Part shown: positions 53,711 through 62,517 of the stretch, one piece after another | Position numbering within the stretch: the first letter of the stretch is position 1 | How the letters are laid out: each line of letters opens with the position of its first letter | Source: an uncultured Bacteroidales bacterium | Lineage (GTDB): Bacteria > Bacteroidota > Bacteroidia > Bacteroidales > B18-G4 | DNA: 64,000 nucleotides | Reading direction: 5' to 3' | NCBI GenBank assembly: GCA_963753055.1 | Contig: CAVWAP010000004.1 | Coordinates: forward strand, 1,050,575 to 1,114,574 | Program-made: the position numbers and the translations under genes | The notes under the pieces: generated by a model | What the model was told of the DNA's origin: nothing | Databases searched by the model: none | What the model saw: only the letters and a program-made list of their open reading frames with translations

Positions 53711-55753
53711 TCATCGAACGATCAATTTCCGCACTGCAATATCTTGCCCAGCCTGCATTTTAATAAAATACAATCCTGCAGGCAAATCACTTACATCTAT
53801 CTCAATCTCATGCTCACCAGGCATTTGTTCTCCCTCTATAACTCTCCGAATCATCCTTCCATCAATCCTATATAAATCACATATCAGATATCTGGAACCT
53901 GTCCCGAGTACTTCGGCTTTGCTCAGTATAAACTCCGTCGAGGGATCATGAATCAGATATCTCAAGCGTGCAACGCTTGAGCAGGGATTTGGATAAAGTT
54001 GAAATTCAATGAATGAACTAATGGGATCGGTAACAGAAACCCAGCCTGTTGCATCTTCCGAGCTGTAGTTCAGGTACTGGTCGTAGGCATAAACCATTAC
54101 TTCTGTACTCGTACCAACCTCAAGGGTGTCCAGGTCGAGATAAAAATCCTCGAAATTATTAATGACAATCTGGTTCAGGTAAACACCGTCGACTGCTACT
54201 TCAACCTTGTTGACCTCCTCATCCACCGACAGGGAGAGGTGCAATTGATCGTCGACAACTTCACATAAAAGTACCTCAAAATCAGGTGCTTCAAAATCAT
54301 CATACTTAGACAATGCACCGCTATCAAAAATATCAAAGTCTTTTTTCTCATCTCCAACCTTGTTCCCATTTACCCTGATCAAACGTGCATCACAGCAGCC
54401 CATGGAATCATTGTGCAAGGTAAAGATATGAGGGATTAATGCCGGGTCATGACCGGTTAGCAGCGATGCTATGTCATCAACTGCAACAGGGTCCTTTCCA
54501 GCCAGGATCAATCGCATATTCATCTGATCATCAGCTAACTGTGAAGTGGTATTCGTGCTTACAGGGCCATTTTGAACGCTTTGAAGCCCGTCCATAACGA
54601 CAAAATCGACAGGCCTGCACATATAATAATCATGGATAAAGTAGTGAAGGTTTGTCCGAGGCAGATTATGATCAATACCAAATCTTAGCAAATTTGGGGG
54701 ATCATCAGCATATATAGTTGGTGGAGTAGCTCCAATTCCCACATTCTTAATGCTGCCTGTATTACCTGTATAGCAATGGTTTTTCAGAACAGGTACTGAA
54801 ATAAGCACATCCGCATTATAATATAGTTTATGCATCCAGTAGCGGTTGTTTGCACCATTATATAAGGCTTTACCGGATGGCAGTGAAACACACTGCAGAT
54901 AAACAGAGTTAGTGTCTCCCCATGCTCCACTGACATCCTCAAGGGGAACAAGGCTGTCAATGCCGGTTATCATGTCATATTCCAGGATATCCATGTTAAT
55001 AGACGTGATGCCATCGGCAGAACCTTCCAGCACATAAATCTCTCCAGAGGGATTGATCTCACGTACAATATTGACGACTGCCTGCATGACCCGGTAATCA
55101 GTGGTTATACCATTGACTTCAGGTAATAGTGTTTGTGCAGCAGCAGTCCCGTCAACCGTAACAACCAGATTTGGCTTCAATACAACTGTATCTCCATCGC
55201 TGACAATACCTTCAAGTCCTCCTGCTTTTTCAATCGCTTCAGCAACCATAGATTCTATTTCATCGAATTCGATATCCTCTGCCTGGGCCTGGATTGATTT
55301 TACTATCCCGACATAGGCAGCAGGCTCTACAACCATGCTGTTTTCTTCTGTAAAATATTGGATTGCAGGGAGCTGATTCCCCAGTATCTTATTGGTAAGG
55401 ACATAAGCCTTTGCCATCAGGGGCGTTTGTTTTAATGAAGTGGAGGTGACCATGAAAACTGCCATGGCCAGGGAGAATAAAGCGATGGCGATCACATATT
55501 TTGAACGGCGCCACTTGCTTTTTGCTTTGACGAATATCAAGCTGGATGTTAGTATTCCGGTGAGCCAGATCACAAAAGCTGATGCTAAAGGGAAAGCTGC
55601 CTGCTGGCAGGGATATGCTGCGCGGCTGGGTTTGGGTATAACCCGGACCAGGAACCAGATCAATGCTACCAGGCCAATAAAGAACAGTATAACCGTTTTG
55701 AGGTTCTTAGAACTTAAGTTAGTTCTGTTGAAGATGCTGTTAATCTTTTTCAT
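53711..55753 (-). CDS. DUF362 domain protein with T9SS CTD
   Basis: RVIPKPSRAAYPC, VVLKPNLV, LISVPVLKNH, D.VAVD, LYPNP CTD. Confidence 0.85.
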   Translation of the reverse strand: MKKINSIFNRTNLSSKNLKTVILFFIGLVALIWFLVRVIPKPSRAAYPCQQAAFPLASAFVIWLTGILTSSLIFVKAKSKWRRSKYVIAIALFSLAMAVFMVTSTSLKQTPLMAKAYVLTNKILGNQLPAIQYFTEENSMVVEPAAYVGIVKSIQAQAEDIEFDEIESMVAEAIEKAGGLEGIVSDGDTVVLKPNLVVTVDGTAAAQTLLPEVNGITTDYRVMQAVVNIVREINPSGEIYVLEGSADGITSINMDILEYDMITGIDSLVPLEDVSGAWGDTNSVYLQCVSLPSGKALYNGANNRYWMHKLYYNADVLISVPVLKNHCYTGNTGSIKNVGIGATPPTIYADDPPNLLRFGIDHNLPRTNLHYFIHDYYMCRPVDFVVMDGLQSVQNGPVSTNTTSQLADDQMNMRLILAGKDPVAVDDIASLLTGHDPALIPHIFTLHNDSMGCCDARLIRVNGNKVGDEKKDFDIFDSGALSKYDDFEAPDFEVLLCEVVDDQLHLSLSVDEEVNKVEVAVDGVYLNQIVINNFEDFYLDLDTLEVGTSTEVMVYAYDQYLNYSSEDATGWVSVTDPISSFIEFQLYPNPCSSVARLRYLIHDPSTEFILSKAEVLGTGSRYLICDLYRIDGRMIRRVIEGEQMPGEHEIEIDVSDLPAGLYFIKMQAGQDIAVRKLIVR

Positions 55754-55791
55754 GGCTCTACTTTTTATATTTTGATAATAAAAGAATGCGT

Positions 55792-57077
55792 TTAATGGAC
55801 AATAAGTATCTTTCCGACTTTGCTCTTATTTCCTACCTGTAAGCTGATAAAGTACAATCCAGCTGGCAGGCCACTCACATCAATCTCCAACTCATATTCA
55901 CCCGGCATCTTCTCTTCTTCAATCAGTCTCTCAATCCTAACTCCATCAATCCTATATAAATCACATATCAGATATCTGATATCATGAATCAGATATCTCA
56001 AGTGTGCTACACTTGAGCACGGATTGGGATATACTGTGAGTGCATTTGTTTCTTGAACAAGATATTCATTGTTTCCGATCCAAAAGTCATCATGCATCAC
56101 TGAATCTAAAAAGTACATTCCCGCTGCCAGGATTTCATCCGAAAGGACGTGGCCATCATCAGTGGTAAGGAATTCATATTTTAAACCTAATTCATCCAGG
56201 GTGTCAACGAAACAGACATTCGTTGGATGGAAGTACAGGAAATCGTTAATGCCGCATCCAATAAATAGTCCCGGATGATATGGAACAGTGTCTAGCCCTT
56301 TTACAAGCCTTGAGCAATCATATTCTTTCCATTTTTTCTTTACACTATCTACTATAATACCCATAGTATCGTATGGGAACTCGACCTGGTAAGGAAGTAT
56401 ATTTAAGTTGGGAGAGAAGCCACCTGCACCGGTAAACAATAAACCTGTAAAAACCCCTGCAGTATACTGGTAATGATGGGGAGGTCCCGGGTTTTCAAGA
56501 ATAACCTCTGGTAACCATAAAACCATTGTGGTATCAAATTGCAAGGGGCCATTATATGATGCGACTCCTGCAAATTGTTCATAATATTTGATAGCAAATT
56601 TCATGGAACCATAACCACCCATGGCGAAACCCATGATGCATCGATAATTCGGCGAGTTTTTTGTTCTTAATAAAGATTCGGCAAAGGGAATAGCTTCCTG
56701 CATGATATAGTCTTCATAGTTGCCATAAAGCACAGAGTTGGTGTACATGCTACCTGCAAATGGGTCGCATTGCCCGTCTAAGCCTACCACAAGCATGGGA
56801 TGAATATAACCTGTATCGATCATGTTCTGCAATGACTCTAAATATTCGGTTACTTCAAGTATGAGCCCGTTGCACCATGCATGTAATAAACAATAGGGTA
56901 GGAGATCGTATCAAAGTAGTACCCCGGGGGCAGGTAAATTCTCATGCTTTTAGTTTCGTCCAGGATAGGACTGTGAAAGGAAGTGTCAAAATAATCATAT
57001 CCCTGACCTGATGTAATATGATTAAATGCAATCACTGCAATCATTGCAACGGCCAGAGACTTAAGTCTGGTTACCAT
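55792..57077 (-). CDS. Putative esterase (alpha/beta hydrolase) with T9SS CTD; one frameshift near 56845
   Basis: RIYLPPGY...YPIVYYMHG in 56850-57077; GFAMGGYG and DDGH in 55792-56832. Confidence 0.8.
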
Positions 57078-57191
57078 GTCTCTACTTTTTAAGTTAATTA
57101 ATAGTGTCAGTAGAGTATCTGGCAGGTAGGACGTATATCAAGAACAACAAAGAGTCTTATAAAGATAATGAATTTCAGTACATTAGTCAAT

Positions 57192-57301
57192 AGAGTGATT
57201 AAGTGATTAGTGGTTAGTGGCCTGCCCCTGCGTAGGCAGGGGTTAGTGGTTAGTGTTAGTGGTTGGTGATTGTCAACTGTCAACTGTCAATTGTCAACTG
57301 A
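57192..57301. repeat. Composite array (tagtgRt)n-(gtcaact)n, copy 2, with nested hairpin
   Basis: cctgcccctgcgtaggcagg sits inside the array; the last units encode the decarboxylase C-terminus QLTIDS*. Confidence 0.93.
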
Positions 57302-58707
57302 CCAGCAATACCTTGTATCAAGCTCCATGCTTCATCCACATGCCTCTCTTCCAACCTCGTATTTGCTGCTACCATACGAAGTGTGTATTTACCTTTTAGC
57401 TTGGTATGGGTGAGGTAGATCTTTCCTGTTTTGTTGATCTTATGAAGAAGATCCTGGTTGATCTTGTTAAGCTTTTCCTCATCATCTATCCCTTTTGGAT
57501 GGTGGCGGAAGCATACCAGGTTAAGGGAAACCGTTGCCAGAAGCTCAAAATCATCGCTCTGGATAATCTTAGTGGCGATCTTGTTAGCCAGGTTGATGTG
57601 CAACAGTATTTTTTCCTTCAGTCCTTCCACACCGTATGTCCTTATGACGAACCAGAGCTTTAAGGCACGGAAGCGGCGACCCAGCGGGATGCCCCAGTCA
57701 CAGTAATCATTCACTTTTCCCTGTTGACCTGTACGGAGGTATTCAGGGACGATCTGAAGTGTGTTCAGCAGTGCAGTCTTATCCTTCACAAAATAGGCCG
57801 AACAATCGAAGTTGGTGAACATCCACTTGTGCGGGTTGAAAACAAAGCTGTCGACATCCTCGATACCATCGATCATCCAGCGGTAGTCTTCCAGGAGCAT
57901 GGCATTTCCTGCAAATGCCGCGTCCACATGTAGCCAGATATTGTGTTTCCGGGTTACTCTGGCGATATCTGCCAGCGGATCGATGGCGGTCGAACCGGTC
58001 GTGCCAATGGTGGCGACCACGCACATGGGTTGGAAACCTGCTTCAATATCTTTCTTGATGGCTGTCTCCAACGAATTCACATTCATGGCAAACTGATCAT
58101 CAACATCTATCTTAACCAGGTTCGTACGGCCCAGGCCGGCGATCTTCACCGCCTTTTCTATGGATGAGTGGGTTTCTTCCGAGGCATATACCCGCAATTT
58201 CTTCTGGTTTGTAAAACCATTTTCATTTACCCGGTAATTACTCATCTTTTCCCTCGCGGTCAGCAAAGCAACAAGTGTCGCCGTGGATGCTGTATCCTGG
58301 ATGACGCCATGGAAATTCCCGGGGATGCCGGTCATCTGTTTCAGCCAGTTCATCACCATCTCTTCCAGTTCCGCTGCGGCAGGGGAGGTCTCCCATTTCA
58401 TGCATTGGGCACCAAGTGTGGCCGTAAGCATTTCAGCCAGGACTGAGGGGTAGCTTGAGTTGGCCGGGAAGTAAGCGAAGAAGTTGGGACTCTGCCAGTG
58501 GGTGATCCCGGGCATGATGATCTGCTCAAAATCCCGGAAGATATCATCCATAGATTGACCTGTCGCAGGTGGTTCGGTGGGCAAGCGGCCATAGATCTCG
58601 CCCGGCTCCACCTGTGATTTCACGGGGTACTGCTCGATATTCTCTATGTAATCCGCCATCCAGTCGACAAATGAATGCGCCTTTTCTCTGAATTCCTTTG
58701 CGTTCAT
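57280..58707 (-). CDS. ddc: PLP-dependent aromatic-L-amino-acid decarboxylase (group II)
   Basis: PGITHWQSPNFFAYFP, HSSIEKA, LHVDAA, FNPHKW, GRRFRALKLW. Confidence 0.92.
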   Translation of the reverse strand: MNAKEFREKAHSFVDWMADYIENIEQYPVKSQVEPGEIYGRLPTEPPATGQSMDDIFRDFEQIIMPGITHWQSPNFFAYFPANSSYPSVLAEMLTATLGAQCMKWETSPAAAELEEMVMNWLKQMTGIPGNFHGVIQDTASTATLVALLTAREKMSNYRVNENGFTNQKKLRVYASEETHSSIEKAVKIAGLGRTNLVKIDVDDQFAMNVNSLETAIKKDIEAGFQPMCVVATIGTTGSTAIDPLADIARVTRKHNIWLHVDAAFAGNAMLLEDYRWMIDGIEDVDSFVFNPHKWMFTNFDCSAYFVKDKTALLNTLQIVPEYLRTGQQGKVNDYCDWGIPLGRRFRALKLWFVIRTYGVEGLKEKILLHINLANKIATKIIQSDDFELLATVSLNLVCFRHHPKGIDDEEKLNKINQDLLHKINKTGKIYLTHTKLKGKYTLRMVAANTRLEERHVDEAWSLIQGIAGQLTIDS

Positions 58708-58747
58708 GAGTTAATAATTTATGAAGACAAGTTAGCAATAATGTCGT

Positions 58748-59665
58748 TTACTTTGGTGCTACTTCAAATGCCTGAATGGTTTTCGCAAACTCTATACCCA
58801 GGTCAATAAAGCCTTCGCTGTCATAATGCCAGGGATCGGAATAATTGTAATCTTTGGTGCTACGGACAATGGTTGCGTTTCTGTCTTCTCTGGCAAATTT
58901 CTCCTGGGCTTCCTGGACCACTTCAAGATAATCCCAGACTTTTCCATCTTCAGCTTCACCCGAATCCGATATTTTCCCAATAACGACAGGCAAATCATCG
59001 ACCAATAAAGCTGCTCTGATAAGATCCATCAAACGTTTTAAATGGTAATAATATCTGCCCGCAATTTCTTTATCTTCCCTGGCATCACTCTCTCCTTGCA
59101 TCCAGATGATACCCTGCGGGATCAATATGTCATCCCTGCCATCACCATCGATATCCCGGATCATTTGTGCATTCCTGATGGTTGTTAGAAAGTTATCATA
59201 CTGATTAATGCCGGTAGTACCTTGATAATCAGGATCCCAGCAACCGGCCTCAGATGCCAGACTGTCTAAGGAAGTGGCGCCCTGGGAATATTTTATAATG
59301 GCTATTTTTTCGTTCGGGTAAAAATGATGCAGCCTGGACGCAAAGGATAATTCTACGCCAAACCTGTCAGAAAGAATATTATCTTCATCGCTGAAGCTGA
59401 AGTAGGCTCCATGGCCAGGTTTTAATTTTGACCATTTGCCAAGACCACCATTTAATTTATTATCCCCAACAGGATTCCCATGGAAAATCCAGACATTGTC
59501 AAATGTAATATTCAATGAGTCAGGCAGTTCAGCAACGTAACCGCATCCATCCATATTTGACTGTCCGCCCAGGTAATACAGTCGGATGGTATCTGCTTGA
59601 TAGTGTTGACTGTAAATCGTTAATGATAAAAATACAATTGAAATAATTCCTGTTAAATGCTTCAT
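58748..59665 (-). CDS. SASA-family carbohydrate acetylesterase (SGNH)
   Basis: GQSNM, WMQGESD, DPWH. Confidence 0.88.
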   Translation of the reverse strand: MKHLTGIISIVFLSLTIYSQHYQADTIRLYYLGGQSNMDGCGYVAELPDSLNITFDNVWIFHGNPVGDNKLNGGLGKWSKLKPGHGAYFSFSDEDNILSDRFGVELSFASRLHHFYPNEKIAIIKYSQGATSLDSLASEAGCWDPDYQGTTGINQYDNFLTTIRNAQMIRDIDGDGRDDILIPQGIIWMQGESDAREDKEIAGRYYYHLKRLMDLIRAALLVDDLPVVIGKISDSGEAEDGKVWDYLEVVQEAQEKFAREDRNATIVRSTKDYNYSDPWHYDSEGFIDLGIEFAKTIQAFEVAPK

Positions 59666-59886
59666 AATTACGATCGTTTAGGTTAAAGCAGCAATCCCAT
59701 CCCTCACTGCATGAAAACAACTTCTATTTCAAATATACTTCTTTCCTTTAAGGCTGAAAACGGACACTTGATTTTTCAGCACTTTTTTTCCAATCGAATA
59801 TGTTGTACTTTTATGTATGAGAGGTATTAATGGGTGATGTTTGATATAACACCTGGATGAAAGAGTCAAAATAAAACTTAGGCATT

Positions 59887-60765
59887 ATGAAAAAATCAAT
59901 TCAAGCAATTCTGAACAACAATATAAACTCAAGGCTAGTCATTATCATCTCCTGCATATTACTCTGGTCTACTCTCAGCTCCCAGGTCATTTATACTGAT
60001 ATTAATGATACCATCCTCACTTTTCCAGAACAGATAACAGGGATATTGGATGATTCGACCAATTATTTTTATTTTGATCTGGACCGGGACGGTGTCGACG
60101 ACTTTTACTTCTATGCACATTACTGGGAGGAATGGATGAGTCCTTCTGCTCCTGAATACCCGTTCAGGGTTATGCAACTGGAAGCGATTGAGGGTTCAGG
60201 AGTACCTTGGTCAGATGGATGTGCAGTAGATTACGGCTTGGACGATGCTATTCAGTCGGAAGAATGGTTCGAATATGGCTTGCTTTTTTTGGATGTTTTT
60301 GGAGCTTCAACCAATTGCAACCTTCCATTTCAGGACCGTTATATCGGACTAAGGCTGGAAGAAGGTACGGATTACTTTTATGGTTGGATTAGACTTGATG
60401 CTAGCAGAGACACCCTCATTTTTAAAGACTTTGCATATAACAGCGAAGCCAATGCTATCATTCTTGCAGGGCAGACAGGTCCGGCAGGCTTTTCTGAAAT
60501 GAACAATACTGAAGAGCTATTCTGTATTTTTCCAAATCCAGCTATTGCGACAGTTACATTAGAGTATCAGATGCTTAATAAGGCCTGGGTAAAAGTATCG
60601 TTACTGGATTTAAGCGGACATACAGTTAAGAACTTATTTTCAGGATATAAAAACCAGGGAATGCAACAGTTTGTTTTAGATTGTAATGACCTTGAGGCAG
60701 GAATCTATCTTATTAGATTACAATCAGATAAAGAAATTCTTACAAAAAAGCTGGTAGTGCAATAA
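59887..60765 (+). CDS. Secreted protein with T9SS CTD
   Basis: Signal peptide, DLDRDGVDDF, YGWIRL, IFPNP...KKLVVQ. Confidence 0.85.
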   Translation: MKKSIQAILNNNINSRLVIIISCILLWSTLSSQVIYTDINDTILTFPEQITGILDDSTNYFYFDLDRDGVDDFYFYAHYWEEWMSPSAPEYPFRVMQLEAIEGSGVPWSDGCAVDYGLDDAIQSEEWFEYGLLFLDVFGASTNCNLPFQDRYIGLRLEEGTDYFYGWIRLDASRDTLIFKDFAYNSEANAIILAGQTGPAGFSEMNNTEELFCIFPNPAIATVTLEYQMLNKAWVKVSLLDLSGHTVKNLFSGYKNQGMQQFVLDCNDLEAGIYLIRLQSDKEILTKKLVVQ

Positions 60766-60871
60766 AATCATAGAGGACACAAGAGACACATTGAGACGCA
60801 TAGAGGCTCAAAGAGGACACATATAACCATATATCATAAATCGTAAATCGTAAACTGTAAACTGTAAATCC
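60766..60871. repeat. 10-11-mer and heptamer arrays
   Basis: catagaggac-type units then (taaatcg/taaactg)n; resembles 34485-34580. Confidence 0.75.
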
Positions 60872-60937
60872 ATCCGGCATTCTGCACTTACAGATTATGA
60901 AAGAACAGCTCCTAAATATTATTGTATATTTGCTTTA

Positions 60938-62239
60938 ATGAATACGCTGCTACCAGACTCATCACCTCATCACTCCATCACCTCATCACTCCAGCCGTCA
61001 CGTTGTAGATTTGTAATATTAATTGTTTTATTAGTAGTCTCTGTCTCAAATCTACAAGCCCAAATCCCCGGCTGTACCGACCCCCAGGCCAACAATTACA
61101 ATTCCATGGCAACCATAAATAATGGTTCATGTACCTACGATCAAACTTCTTATACTCCTGCAAGCTTTTTGCTTTTGCCCCAGGAGGTTCATGAATCATC
61201 GGGTTTGATATTTTATGATGGTGCCATCTGGACTCATAATGATTCAGGAAATGATGCAATAATTTATAAGATAGATACCTTGAGCGGGGATATTCTTAAA
61301 GAAGTTATTATATCAAATTTTAACAATATTGATTGGGAAGAGATTTCTCAGGATGATGATTTTATTTACATAGGTGACTTTGGTAATAATGATGGAACCC
61401 GGCAGGATCTTAGGATTCTGAAAGTATTGAAATCAGATATAGGAAGTAAATATTATGATACAGTAAATGCAGTGGCATTGTATTACAATTATTCAGACCA
61501 GAATAGTTTTCCTTCAATGCCCAATAGTAATAATTTTGATTGCGAGGCGATGATATGTGTGGGCGATAGTATTTTCCTGTTTTCTAAAAACTGGCAAAAC
61601 AATAAAACAAAATTGTATGCACTTCCCAAAGCCCCAGGAAATCATACTGCAATCCTGATTGACAGTTTAAATGTCTCAGGATTGATAACAGGTGCTTCTT
61701 ATAATGCTAACAATGAGACTCTTGTTCTGTCAGGATATTCTTCATATGTTCCCATGTTGTGGATATTGTTTGATTATAATCAAGGGTTTTTTTCGGGGAA
61801 CAAGAGAAGAATAGATATGCCTGGAATATTGGGCTCGCAAACAGAGGGCATCTGTTTCTATGATGATGATAATATTTATGTGAGCACAGAAGATACCAAG
61901 ATCTTCTCTCAGAGAGCTTTTTCTATACCTGTTTCTCAATGGCTCTATTCTGCCCCCTCATATGTATACCAGGTTATTTATGATGAAGAGATTAGTATTG
62001 TCCCCAATCCTGCAAACAATAAGGTTAGCGTTGAATTAATTGGAAATCAGAAAGCAGAACCTGTGGTGGAAGTTTTTGATCAGATGGGAAATTCATGTGA
62101 TCTGTATTATTCAGTATTTACTCCCACGGAACAAGGTTGTTCGGTTTCTATCAATGTAGATCACCTTAAATCAGGATTTTATATTATGAAAGTTACCACA
62201 GGAAATCGTATTAAAGTAGCCAAACTTATAATAGATTGA
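60938..62239 (+). CDS. Secreted beta-propeller-like protein with T9SS CTD
   Basis: GCTDP.A.NY motif, ESSGL, HNDSG, DWEEI, GDFGNN, FDCEA, IVPNP CTD. Confidence 0.85.
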   Translation: MNTLLPDSSPHHSITSSLQPSRCRFVILIVLLVVSVSNLQAQIPGCTDPQANNYNSMATINNGSCTYDQTSYTPASFLLLPQEVHESSGLIFYDGAIWTHNDSGNDAIIYKIDTLSGDILKEVIISNFNNIDWEEISQDDDFIYIGDFGNNDGTRQDLRILKVLKSDIGSKYYDTVNAVALYYNYSDQNSFPSMPNSNNFDCEAMICVGDSIFLFSKNWQNNKTKLYALPKAPGNHTAILIDSLNVSGLITGASYNANNETLVLSGYSSYVPMLWILFDYNQGFFSGNKRRIDMPGILGSQTEGICFYDDDNIYVSTEDTKIFSQRAFSIPVSQWLYSAPSYVYQVIYDEEISIVPNPANNKVSVELIGNQKAEPVVEVFDQMGNSCDLYYSVFTPTEQGCSVSINVDHLKSGFYIMKVTTGNRIKVAKLIID

Positions 62240-62517
62240 ACCGATCTGGTGTGCTCACTTTACTCCGTTTTCAAGTGTTCAGTTTGACCGGAATTTTCAA
62301 TTTGACATCCACTTTTCAGTGTATTTCCGATTTGGAAGTACTTATAGTCCTTGGGAATATGGCATTGAGATGATTGTACTCTTCGATGATCTGATCATGT
62401 GATCTGCCAGATTAATTGTTAATAGTTTTTTTGCTAATTCTGATACTCTTTTAATTTTATTCAGAAAGTATTAGAATCTAAATATTTGGATTATTTTTAT
62501 ACAAAACATTCTATCCA

